A program made the translations under genes and the position numbers. From Marsupella aquatica (lineage: Eukaryota; Plantae; Marchantiophyta): 64,000 nucleotides of DNA. The notes under the pieces are model-generated. The model saw nothing but the letters and a program-made list of their open reading frames with translations, had not been told where the DNA came from and did no database searches. The DNA is taken from assembly GCA_973895155.1 (NCBI GenBank), contig OZ316895.1:20722803-20786802 (forward strand). Reading direction: 5' to 3'. The first letter of the stretch is position 1. Each line of letters begins with the position of its first letter. Shown piece after piece: positions 13,625 to 26,054 of this stretch.

Positions 13625-15135
13625 CTGACCTCTAAAACATTTTTGCGACCGGGCGCGTGATGAAACGAAGACGTTGGTTTTAAAATAGATTTCTGGCCAA
13701 TTCGTTAGGCTGTTGACTACAATAAACAATATCAAAAGACACGAGATAAATTGGTTCACGCGACTGTGCGCGTGATGAACTACATGTGTAACCGAAAAAT
13801 CAGGTCATCCTACTAAGTTGAGATCAGGCAGATCTGAGAAATAAAGGGCGATTACGTCTAAGAGTGCAGAGTTTTCGCTGACCTCTAAAACACTAACACG
13901 ACCGGGCGCGTGATGAAACGAAGACCTCGATTTTAAAATATATTTCTGGCCAATTCACTAGGCAGTCGACTACAATAAACAATATCAAAAAGACCTGTGA
14001 TAAATTGGTTCATGCGACTGTGCACGTGATGAACTACATGTGTAACCAAAAACAGGTCATCCTACTAAGTTGAGATCAGGCAGATCTGAGAAATAAAGGG
14101 CGATTACGTCTAAGATTGCAGAGCTTTTGCTGACCTCTAAAACACTAACGCGACCGGGCGCGTGATGAAACAAAGACCCCGGTTTTAAAATATATTTCTG
14201 GCCAATTCACTAGGCAGTCGACTACAATAAACAATATCAAAAAGACCTAAGATAAATTGGTTCATGCGACTGTGCGTGTGATGAACTACATGTGTAACCA
14301 AAAAAATAGGTCATCCTACTAACAAGTTGAGATCAGGAAGATCTGAGAAATAAAGGGCGATTACGTCTAAGAGTGCAGGGCTTTTGCTGACCTCTAAAAC
14401 ATTAACGCGACCGGTCCCGTGATGAAACGCAGACCTCGGTTTTAAAATAGATTGCTGGCCAATTCGCTAGGCTATCAACTACAATAAACAATATCAAAAG
14501 ACACGAGATAAATTGGTTCACACGACTGTGCGCGTGACGAACTACATGTGTAACCAAAAAAATAGGTCATCATACTAACAAGTTGAGATCAGGAAGATCT
14601 GAGAAATAAAGGGCGATTACGTCTAAGAGTGCAGAGCTTTCGCTGACCTCTAAAACATTAACGCGACCGGGCGCGTGATGAAACGCAGACCTCGGTTTTA
14701 AAATAGATTTCTGGTCAATTCGCTAGGCTATCGACTACAATAAACAATATCAAAAGACACGAGATAAATTGGTTGAACACGCGACTGTGCGCGTGACAAA
14801 CTACATGTGTAACCAAAAAATAGGTCATCCTACTAACAAGTTGAGATCAAGAAGATCTGAGAAATAAAGGGCAATTACGTCTAAGAGTGCAGAGCTTTCG
14901 CTGACCTCTAAAACATTAACGCGACCGTGCGCGTGATGAAATAAAGACCTCGGTTTTAAAATATATTGCTGGCCAATTTGCTAGGCTATTGACTACAATA
15001 AACAATATCAAAAGACACGAGATAAATTGGTTCACGCGACTGTGCGCGTGATGAACTACATGTGTAACTGAAAAATCAGGTCATCCTACTAACAAGTTGA
15101 GATCAGTCTGATCTGAAAAATGGACCTCGATTACG
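13625..15135. repeat. Internal tandem array, ~6 units of 252-258 bp
   Basis: CTGACCTCTAAAAC starts at 13625, 13878, 14130, 14387, 14643, 14901; each unit has two ACGCG-N6-CGCGT-like palindromes. Confidence 0.95.
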
Positions 15136-17644
15136 TTTTATTTTTCTAGGCCGTCGACTATAATAAACAATAGCAAAACATACGGACAACTATACTTGAA
15201 CGCCATAAAATTTTAGACTAGAGAATTCATTCGGATCCTCTACTAGTACTTCTGTATACATTGCTTCTGTAGTTGCCTTAAATCACGCATTCAATGCATG
15301 AATTGAGTCAATGAAGTTATGGTCCAATTTCTCACTCCTCCTCGTCCCAGCCAACTAAGCCTCCTCCTTCGAACTCCAATTTCCTTGAGTATCGTGACCG
15401 AATCCCACCACCAGAGAATGACAACTTGTTGATCGTATCAAGATCAAAATCCTCGACCAGACAATGATTTCAGAATAGCCGCTCTTTGTTGATCCGCTAG
15501 AATGCTTCGATGAATGAGGCAGACTATGGAGGTTCTAAATGTTTGTCGTCTCGCTTTGTCGCAACTCTCTCGCTTGATCGGATGTGCTCTCCCCAAGATT
15601 GAAGGTGATACAACAAGAACTGCGCCAGCGTTGCTTGAATGAGCTCCGCCTCCGACTGGAATAGTTGAATGACCCAATCTGCTCCACCTCAAATGTGCCT
15701 TGGATCAGCCTTTGTTGAGAGCCCAGCTAGTATCCTGGTCAGGAGAAACTGAAAATGAAGAATGACCCGTGAGCAATGAGATCAGTCTATTGACTCCATG
15801 AAGGATGTGTTCATCTGGACTCGATTTTGATTTTGAAAATTGGTTGAGTCTCCAGTCATGAGAATCATTGTACAGGATTGATTTTGAATATCGGTTCTCG
15901 CCGACCGTGAGAATCGTTTTACGTTGTTTAGAGTATGGGTTTGAATTGGCAAGATAGAGAGTGGAGTACGGATCCGGATCCGACGGTCTCCACTACCAAA
16001 ATGGAATGATTTTGAAGTTCGCCTCCACTACGTGATGGAATGATCGTGAGAAAGTTGTCATTCATTCACATTTTGGATTTGAATTGGCAGATATAGTGAA
16101 GATACGGATCCGGATCCGGATCCGGGGGTCCCCACTAACAATCTTTCATAGTTGCATAATTACTGGTTTAAATTCAAATTGGCGATCAAATAGAAATCTC
16201 CTTTAGTATGGCAAATCAAAAGGAATCCGATAATCTTTTTTTCACGATTGCATAGTTTGTTAAGTCGATGGTGGAGTGTACAGAGATCATCTGGAACCTT
16301 CTTGTTGCTAGGCTGTTATTAGGGTTATGCTAAAACAATACCCTAATTAGTCCTTCCTTAGTGTCGGCGCCCACGGTCTCGAGTTCACTATTCATTGTTG
16401 TTGTTTCTCGCTCCCTAGACTTTCGCGTGCCTACTCTCGTCGCTCTCGCTCTTGCTCTTGCTCTCGCTCTCACTCCTGCCTTGGATTTCATTTTTGTCGT
16501 TGCAGCTCGTTCGTTGTGGTCAGGTGCTTGTCGGCGCGTTGCAGCTCTTAGTAGTTGTCGATTGTTTCGACCAGGAGCTCGTTGGCGCGTTGCAGCTCGC
16601 ATTTACAGCTCGTATTCACTTCTAGTTTGCTCGAAGGGATTCTTAGGAGCCCGTTGGGTTCGTTGCAGCTAGTTTTTTGGGAGTGCTTGTATCAGCTCGT
16701 GTCAGCCAATTTTAAGCTCATATCAGCTCGATCAACGTGTTTCAGCAGCTCGAACTACTTTTTTGCAGTTTGTTTCAGCTCCTTCCATTCAGCATTCAGG
16801 TTTGTTTCACCTCTTTGAATCTTCAGGTTTAGTGCGCTTTTATTCATGCTCAATTTGCCTATCCACAGCTTTCATTGTACTTTTGAAAGAGTGTTTTTAA
16901 CTCGGCATAATGAGTTCCTTAGCATTAAGCACATGTTATTCAATTGGTGGCAGCGAAGCTCTATGTATAGAAGTATAGAAACTGTGTTGTTGTTGCTTAG
17001 CATATTAATATCTTCAATCTTATATTTACTTTCTGGAATGCCGCAGCAAGGTCTTCAAGTGCTTGGACGTCAATCTCTCAGACGATTACATCAATTTTTC
17101 AGAATTCAGGTGCAATTTCTACATTTCCTGCTGGTGTTGATTGTTGTTTGCTAAAATTTCTCTTGATTGTTAAGCTGAGTTTTCATAATGCGGTTTGTTT
17201 GTAAACTCAAATATGTGTGAATCATACAAACTCACTAATTAAAATACAACCTGAATCGTCTTAAGTAAGTCATTACAAACTTGCACGTTGTGAATTTAAT
17301 CATATAAACTCTCATGTTATGTGAATCTCATTACACTGAATCCTTTAATTGACGAATACAACCAGTAGACTGCTAAATTGAATCATCTTAGCTGAATCAT
17401 TCTCTAAACTTCTGATATATAATAGTTTCACAATGACAGAGCTCAAACATCTGAATTATTGTAAAGTTCATGAATGAATACAAATGAATGAATACAAATG
17501 AATGAAATCATGCTTACTCGGATTTCCTTGTCCGTACGGGTCAGTAATCACAGTTGTATCACTATATTATTCTAGTGTCCAAAAGTTGTTTGAGCTGTTG
17601 ATGCGACCAGTCGCGTGAAAATATTGTGAGGTTCCATTTAGGAT

Positions 17645-18307
17645 CAATTGACGCGACCAGTCGCGTCTGAGGTAGCTCTCTCATTGACTGGTTCTGTTAG
17701 AGGAGGTAAGGTTCCTTTTAGGACCAGTTGACGCGACCAGTCGCGTGTGAGAAGGAAACTGGATAGATTTACTGAGTGCGTACCATATCCAAATCTCCAC
17801 AAGGAAGGTTCAGTGGATATAGTTGACTCTACCAGTCGCGTCTGAGGTAGCTCTCTCATTGACTGGTTCTGTTAGAGGAGGTAAGGTTCCTTTTAGGACC
17901 AGTTGACGCGACCAGTCGCGTGTGAGAAGGAAACTGGATAGATTTACTGAGCGCGTACCATATCCAAATCTCCACAAGGAAGGTTCAGTGGATATAGTTG
18001 ACTCTACCAGTCGCGTCTGAGGTAGCTCTCTCATTGACTGGTTCTGTTAGAGGAGGTAAGGTTCCTTTTAGGACCAGTTGACGCGACCAGTCGCGTATGA
18101 GAAGGAAACTGGATAGATTTACTGGGCGCATACCATATCCAAATCTCCACAAGGAAGATTCAGTGGATATAGTTGACTCGACTAGTCGCGTCTAAGGTAG
18201 CTCTCATTGACTGGTTCTATTAGAGGAGGTAAGGTTCCTTTTAGGATCAGTTGACACGACCAGTCGCGTCTAAGGTAGCTCTCTCATTGACTGGTTTTGT
18301 TAGAGGA
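17645..18307. repeat. Internal tandem array, ~3.5 units of 175 bp
   Basis: GGTAGCTCTC at 17671, 17846, 18021, 18196 (period 175); each unit carries GACGCGACCAGTCGCGT and a variant copy. Confidence 0.95.
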
Positions 18308-18448
18308 CGAAGCAATATTTATGATTTGTCACGTTGTGACCCGAAAAAATCACAGTCTCTCAAAGAATTGTTTATACATTCTAATTTGTAGACGTGACCA
18401 GTCGCGTGAAAATAATCTCTGGGATATGTCATTTGGCTGAAAAGAGTC

Positions 18449-19000
18449 ATGGGCGAACCTGGTCTGGAGAGCTTCAGATATCTATGCCCAATATTTGACG
18501 TTTTGGACAGAAGCCAAGATGGTCTACTGACGGGATATTCTGTATTTGTTGAAACACTACTACCTGGACTTCCAGATTTCATTGTCGCAAAATTGATATG
18601 GCCTCGGATCAAGGAGACTTTTAATTCCTCGACTAATGCAGGAAATTTCTCAATAAAGGAATTGGATGAGTTTGTAGGACTATCTTCGGTGTGTCACAGA
18701 TGGCACCACCTTGTTGGGAATACCTATCTTCTTGGTGTAATCAAGTTGAGTTTATTAGATTTGGCTTTCCCACGAAATCCTACTAAACCGATTGGAAATG
18801 AGTCTCTCTCATCGACAGTTCAAAGTTTCTTCCAGAAATACCCAAGAATTAAATTCATGGGGTCAATGTCCAGAGATCTTAGGGAACTCTTCACGAAGAC
18901 TTACGATGCTCTTCACCCTCTTGAAAAATGGAAATTTACAGTCAGATGCCACGAAGTTGGATACCTTGAGGGTGACATCTACGCTTTTAAGGAATTCTAG
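18449..19000 (+). CDS. Transposon cargo: F-box-like protein/unit 1
   Basis: LLPGLPDFIVAKLIWPRI ... LSSVCHRWHHLV, the plant LIPGLPDD-type F-box signature with an insertion. Confidence 0.6.
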   Translation: MGEPGLESFRYLCPIFDVLDRSQDGLLTGYSVFVETLLPGLPDFIVAKLIWPRIKETFNSSTNAGNFSIKELDEFVGLSSVCHRWHHLVGNTYLLGVIKLSLLDLAFPRNPTKPIGNESLSSTVQSFFQKYPRIKFMGSMSRDLRELFTKTYDALHPLEKWKFTVRCHEVGYLEGDIYAFKEF

Positions 19001-19065
19001 TTAACTTACGTGACCAAGCGCATCGTATGTCTTCTAACAATGTTTTGTGATATGATAAAAGTAGG

Positions 19066-19631
19066 ATGAGCCAACTTTTGAATGAGGCTCGAGATTTCCT
19101 TTCATCTCATGAAAGGAAACAGAAAACAATATGGGATACGCTGGATGAAACCTCCTCTAGTCTCATTGGAGGAATACCAGATGTTTCGGTCATTTCAAAC
19201 ATTTGGCCAATACTCTACGAACACTTTATTTCAATTGAAAGATTGCGTGGATATCGACACCTCGATAACAATTTGGTTATCGATAGGGCCGAGACCTTAT
19301 TCGGCTTGGAGCTTGTAGCAAGAAGTAAAACTTTTTAGTTACAAATACAAGGTTATGGGCTATCCTCAAACAAGCAAACCGGATTGTCAATGTCGCAAAT
19401 GAAGCTCTTTACGACATACCCAAAACTGACAAGTTGGAGTTTGACTCAGTCTATCGAGTTATTCGACAGGATATTTCTATGCTTCCAGAAATATTTGTTC
19501 TTGGGACTACTACTTCTAACGAAATCATATTGTTTACGAACAAATATAACTATTTAGATGAGGAAGAACGAGATGTTCTAATCGAAAGGTTTGGTAGATT
19601 TTCTCAGAATCTAGGTGGTCCTAGTTCTTAA
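19066..19631 (+). pseudogene. Transposon cargo: F-box-like unit 2 (disrupted)
   Basis: LIGGIPDVSVISNIWPIL is paralogous to unit 1; the reading frame is broken near 19330 and continues in ORF 19434-19631. Confidence 0.5.
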
Positions 19632-19683
19632 TGGATAGGTTCTTGTTCTTAATCTTTTCCATATTATGTTGCAGTCCTTTGAC

Positions 19684-20196
19684 ATGAATCAAAAATCTCA
19701 TCGTCAAATGATGATGGAGCGCATTGCACGTGCAAAGGTTATGAACCGAAACATGATATGGAGTCAAGCTTAAGACCTGATACCCGGTCTTCCGGACGAT
19801 ATTGTCAAGAAATATATTTGGCCATTAGTCAAAGAGTTTTTTCACTGTCTTGGGAATTTGTCGGATACTGCGATTAAAAATTAGGTCATGGACTTGATCG
19901 CCATTCAAACAATCAGTAAGAAGTGGTGCCACATAGTTACTTATAGTAGTACTTGGGCGACGGTCACCTTGGTAGCTTACGACTTCACTGATAGACCAGG
20001 ATATGAATTGCTTCAAAGGCATTTGACTTCACAGAGTGTAGCATTAAGATTTACAGAATCCATCAGAACTCTCCCGCCGCTGGACATTCTGGGTGGATTT
20101 GAAGGATCTGAACTTGACACGTTTAGGAACCTTTGGTTTTGGTTAGATGAAGATGAGCGAGAAGATTGGGTCAGGATAAACGTTCCTAAAATGTAA
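19684..20196 (+). pseudogene. Transposon cargo: F-box-like unit 3 (two in-frame stops)
   Basis: Frame from ATG 19684 reads DLIPGLPDDIVKKYIWPL ... QTISKKWCHIV with TAA at 19771 and TAG at 19882. Confidence 0.6.
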
Positions 20197-21820
20197 TTTG
20201 GCACGACGCGACCATGCGCGTGTTAGTATTTTATAATAAATGTTTAACTTTCAATATTTGTCTGTTTCAGAATGGATCCTACCGGAACTTCAAAGCGGAA
20301 AAGAGACTCATCTAAAATTGCTTCTCGTAAGAAAGCCAAGACAAAAATGACTCCCGCGGAGACATCCATACTTGCATATCGAGGAAAGTCAATCAGAGAG
20401 AGAACAATGGAGACAAAGAGTATCCATCTCTTTGAATCGACTGAGATATCCGATTTTGGAATAGTCGTTCGCAATGGGGCTGTCCGTCTTGTGGTGGCAA
20501 AAAATGATAAAGCTACAATTTTGGAGAGATCACAAATTCTTGGATGTTTCTTTGAGAAGAACATGAAAGTTAAAGAGTGTACAGAGGGATTGGTTCTGCT
20601 AGTCAGCGACGACCAGCAGGAGGACAAAATAAGCATTTGTTTGGATCGAACGCAATATGTAACCTTCAATTAGCCCAGAATCAATGATCTTCTAGGTGCA
20701 AGGCATGCCTTGGAAAAGGTTACTAGTGTGGGATATCCTTCCGATCCAGAGGGATCAACGGGAGATTTGATTTGTCAATACATTATTGACGTACTTGAGT
20801 TCCAGAGAGTTCCTTTCAACCAGGGATTTCGCTTGGGAAAGGCCCCGCCAGTGACCAAGGTTGAAGTATACTCGGCAGAGAATCTTCCGAAAGTAATTAC
20901 CTCAGCGAATGTCGGGGCTCTGTTCGATTCTTTCCTCAAAGAATATAGTGCTATGAATATATTTAACAGTAAGTCATTTTTTGTTGAGACATCACGTTCT
21001 CATCTTGCACTGGACCACATCAAGTGCCGAGAGTGGAATCAGGATTACACAGATAGGCTAAAGAATTCACTCCTCTCTCATTTGGCTATAAAGTTCAAAA
21101 AGCGATGCTGTTTTTTAGTCCCTGTGAAGTGGGTTCAGTCGGAGGCCGACAGAGATCCCGACTACAATGGGGCGCCCTACGATTCGGCGCCAAAGGAGGA
21201 GGACATTATGACCAGTCATTTTTGGATACTTGGAGGCCAGTACACAATAATGGCGTACAAATTGCTGAAAGAGGACGACAAAGTCAGCCAAGTTGTACGA
21301 GACGCTTGCGGTACTGTAGAAGCTGTAATGTTTTGGGCAACGCTCAACAACAACAATAATGTTCATTTGATGAGATTATCGAAAGCTCTGAACCACTGTC
21401 ATCAAACATCAATGGAAGAAGGACAGTTTCTCACCATTGTACGACAGTGTCGTAATATCTGGAACTCATTTGGGCGGCCTGGATCACATTATCGTCATCC
21501 AAATTGGAAGGTATATAAATAGCCCTCTTCGATCACATTATCGTTTAAACTTTTGTCACCGGTCGCGTCAAGCTTAGAATTGTCATGTTTCCATTGTTTT
21601 TCAGGTATTTATGAGAGCTACAAGTTTTGTTTGCCCATGGGCTCAAATGGGGAAGAACGAAATGATGAAATTTGGAGAATTGGCTCCGTTTCTCTTTACA
21701 ATGGAGGATGAAACATTCAAGAAGTGGATGGAGGTCTACGAACTATCAAGGACAGGAGAGCTTGTAATTTACAACGGAATTTTACAGAGGGACGCCGTCA
21801 AAATTGCAGATACACACTTA

Positions 21821-24496
21821 TGTCACCTGCTTATCAAACAATTTACACGACAAATACGTATTTACTCCTAAAAAATTTTGTTATCGTATGACGGGAACGT
21901 GGAGGGACGCTATTAGGATTCTATTATATGTAGGATGAGTATGTTTATTTCCGCTCCCGGAAATGTAATTTTTGATCAAGTCTACTGACTAGCCGCTCTG
22001 CTTTTGATCAAGTCCCATGGACTACGCCACACACACACTCCTACTGGTCATCGGTGGAGTGTTGTCACCACCCCTCCCTACTCACATGGTTGACCAAACC
22101 GTGCAAGGATTTCTTAGACGTTTCTTGGGGAAAGAACACAATCTTGAACCAGGAAAGGTAACACCACACCCAAAACTTGAGGAATCAAACCAAATCCATA
22201 TCTTTTGGCAAAACGTCGTAACACATTGCAAGGACAACCCGGCCTCCTGCCGTATGCCCAACTACTGCCTCACTGGGGCAAGTGCTACACCTCTACCTCA
22301 CTACTCTGGTTTGATTCCCTCTTCTAGCTATGAGCTAACTTCCCTAAGTAAACACTAGACTGAGTTCCCCCCCTCACTACTCCGGGGCTCTCCCCCTAAA
22401 TACCAAGAAAACACACCAAAGCACCCCTCACGGGGCCACAACGATGGCGGCTTACCCTAGCGGCGCCGCTAAACCCTTCACTAAGAAACCCCTAAACCAA
22501 AAGCATGTGGCACACACATGCTTCTAAAACCCTAAACCCTAAACTAACAATGGGGCCGATGGTGCCTTCGACGGCGCCCCAACATTACTCTGTAAACCGT
22601 GAAATTGCAAGGAACCCCACAATGGCCGAAACTAGGTGCCCTTCCAGTTGCACTTCTGAGTTCACCCCTGGATAGCCCTCCTCCTCCTGATCATGAATCA
22701 CTCAACCGCTCTTGAAACGGACATCGGACGACCAAGTTATGGTCGTTTCAGTATCTTGTAAACCCAACTTCGTCGGGCCCTAACTTGCTCATCCTGGCTC
22801 CGTTTGAGGAGCGTCGCCTCTTGTTGGAATCAGCTCCGCGAGCTCTTTCCAACAAGCCCGTGAGTGACCCCTCACAAAAAAGTTGGAAAGTCAAGGGGCC
22901 ATACAACCACGTCCGTACGACCACTCTAATCCTCCTCTTCACTCACGGTGCCCTGGCTTGAGCCCGGTGAGTTGGTCTCCTCATTAGTCCTCCTCCTCAC
23001 TCACGGTGCCTCCTCCTCACTCACGGTGCCCTGGCTTGAGCCCCGTGAGTTGGTCTCCTTATTAGTCCTCCTCCTCACTCACGGTGCCTCCTCCTCACTC
23101 ACGGTGCCCTGGCTTGAGCCCCGTGAGTTGGTCTCCTCACCGCTCTCCATTGGAGTGGATACTACTCTGCTAAACAAGGACTCACTTGAGTCCACCACCT
23201 CCTATCCTATCTATCTACCTTGCCTACCAGCCTCAATTCTCCTGATCGCCACCTCTGGTCCGTTGTAAAAGGGTCCGTTGTAAAAGGGGGGGCCCTATAA
23301 TTGTCGAAACTAAAATTTTCTCAGAATTCACTTCTGAAAACATATCTGAGGAGCCCTCCTCTTCCTGATCACGGTTCCGTAAACAGTGCACAAAACGGAG
23401 GTCAAACGGCCAAGATATGGTCGTTTAAGTTTTCACGGGGCACCGTCTCCCTCCGTTTCGTCCGTACAACACCAGGGGGCCCCGGCTTGCAAAACACAGA
23501 TCACGGGGTCCCCGTATGTGTTGCTACCTCCTCCTTCCAAAGCCGGGATCTCCTGTCGTACGGACGTCCGTACGGCCTCAAAAACCCCTATATTCTCAAA
23601 AAACGCGATCAGTTGTATCTCCCCCGTCTTAGCTCCGTTTTGGCCGTGTGACACATCGTTGGATTCAGCTCGGCGAGCTCATTCCAACAAGCCTGTAGAC
23701 TCCTGATTTTGAGATGGTCAAAAATCTGATGTTCGTACAACCAGGGTCCGTACACACGTTGAAAGCAAGCACAAGAGGAAAAGGGTTTAGGGTTTAGGTA
23801 TGGGTGGAAACCCCACAAGTGAGAATAGAAAAAAAAGGGAAGGAAGAAAGTGTGAGGGCCCCTTCTACGGAGTGCCCCTCTACGAAGTGGGGAAGGGAAA
23901 GAGAGCAAAAAACCATGTGAGGACCACGCAAAGGGTGAAGGGGAACACAAGTGTGGGAACCCCTTCCTTCTAAGGGCCTCCCACCATCACTACTCCAAGA
24001 TTGCCTAGTTTGCCGTTTTATGGGCGTTGAGGTCCCTCGAGATGTCACTGTTTGATATAGACCTAAAATTAAAGTTTCGCATGAGGCTCATTGAGGGCTT
24101 CAAAATGAATCCAAACATGACCATGTTTGGAATAGTACTAGCACAGCAACGTCTGTTTTAAGTTTCAACGTTTTCTATATTTTGGTCATTCTTCCCGTTT
24201 TGTGCCTTACATGGAGCCTCCGACCAGCCCCCACCCCTCCAAGATGCCCACACCTTGGCTCCAAGTCCTTGGGTTGCCTTGTGGCCTCCTCCCCCTCAAT
24301 GGTTCCCTTGTCATCCATCACCGCCCAACACCCCTCTCAACTTCGTTTCGTCTGGTTGTCGCATCCATTTATTAAAACTAACAAAAATGAAAATTTTGAA
24401 AATCCAAACACTTTTACTACACCTACTTGTCTTTCTACTTATATACGCAATTATAAGTTATCACTAAGTTACTACCGGGTTTGGGGCCCTGTCACA
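21821..24496 (-). repeat. 3' LTR (~2.6 kb) of the Gypsy element, containing a 78-bp tandem repeat x3 (~22945-23140)
   Basis: Starts TGT directly after the PPT on the minus strand; non-coding; CCCTGGCTTGAGCCC at 22951, 23029, 23107. Confidence 0.65.
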
Positions 24497-26054
24497 TAGC
24501 TCCCCTCTTAATTGCGAAGTGCCCCCGCGAGCACCATACTCCTCCTCCGTGTAGTACTTCTTTAGGCGTTCTTGATTGATCCGTGTGTTGAGTAGTTGCC
24601 CCTCCAATGTCTTGAGCTGAACCAATCCGTTGGAGTAGACGGTGTCTACTACGTGGGGCCCCATCCAATGTGTATGCAGCTTCCCCGGGAAATGCATGAA
24701 ACGGCTGTTGTAGAGGAGCACCAAATCTCCCTCCTCAATTCCAAAGAAATATTTCTCCGGATATAGCTTCAAGCAAGTCTCCCGGCACCGTTGAAAAGTC
24801 AACCGTAAATGTTCCATGCGATTGACCCGCTTGCCGTAGACAGCAAAATCATCAATGAAGATTTCTGGGAACCTCCGAAGGAAATCATGGAATATGTTCA
24901 TCATAAGCCGCTGAAACATACCAGGGGCATTGCACAACCCAAAAGGCATTCTTTGGAATGCAAAAATCCCCCACTCCGTAGTGAAAGCCGTCTTGAGTTG
25001 ATCCTCCTCCCGTATCCAAATCTGGTTGTAGCCGGAGTAACCATCTAGGAAGCTGTAAATCTCCCAACCGGCCACCATGTCTAACATGATATCAGTAAAT
25101 GGCAGCAGGTAGTGATCCTTCTTGGTGGCGTCATTCAGCTTCCGGAAATCTTGGCACACCCGTATCTTCACCTTACCGTCTGGCCCCTTCTTCTTGGGCA
25201 CAATCAAGATGGGTGATACCCACTCACTGTGCATGACCGGATAAATGAAGCCCGCATCCAACAACCGATCAATCTCCTCCTTCACCATGAGTGAGGACTT
25301 GGGATTGAGACGGTATTGGCGGTGCCTCACATGCCGTGCCCCGGATATCAAGTCAATGCTGTGCTCACCAAACTCAGGTGGCACTCCTTCCAAATCTTGG
25401 TGGCTCCAAGTAAAATACGTCTTGGTACTCCATTAACAACTCTTGAATAGTACGTTTCTCCGTAGCATCCAGCTTACTACCGATGTTGAGGGTCTTGCCT
25501 TCACCCACCTCCACCTTTGTGTACTGCTTCGGCCTGATCACGTCTAGCTTGTTACGTGTCTCCTCATCAAAGGTCTCCTCCAACCGTGCTAGTCGCATTC
25601 CTCCATACACCGGTGCATCGCTATCCTGCTGGTCTGACTGAGTTGGGGGTGGGTCTTTTGTCACATGGGCCATCATTTCTTCCATGTCAGATTCTTTGTA
25701 TTTGTAATGTGACAGTAGCTCCTCTCTAAATTCTTCATCCAAGAGGTCATTCAACCACTTCTCCCTCCGTTCATCGTCAAACAGGATGGCTTGAGCTTCC
25801 TGTCCCTCCTCACTCGTTCGTTCCTCCTCCTCAGTATCAACAAGCTGGGCCATTGGTGGTGCAAGTGGTTCTTCCCTGGTTTTCCTCTGCACAACATAAC
25901 TTTGGCGACGTGGTGCTTTTGTAACTCCCTCCTCAAGGGTAGCAGCTTGTGGGCCAAAGACATCTTCGTCCGTCAGATGAGAAATCAACTTTACCATGTA
26001 TACTTCGTCCTCGTCCTCATCTGAGGTGACCTCTGAATCATATTGCTCTTCCAT
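24464..26054 (-). pseudogene. pol: Gypsy pol fragment (protease-RT linker, RT, integrase tail)
   Basis: ORFs 25374-26054 and 24464-25393 are frameshifted; RNase H and the integrase core are absent. Confidence 0.85.

Noticed and set aside
16330-17154. Short ORFs with ALALAL/RARARA runs
   Set aside because: Derived from a (GCTCTC/GCTCTT)n microsatellite and GCAGCTCG repeats; probably the non-coding leader region of the cargo unit.
17644-18034. Duplicate 71/74-aa minus-strand ORFs (MRELPQTRLV...)
   Set aside because: By-products of the 175-bp tandem repeat.
13625-18307. CRISPR-like interpretation of the regularly spaced palindromes
   Set aside because: Sequences between the palindromes are repeated rather than unique spacers, there are no cas genes, and the context is eukaryotic.
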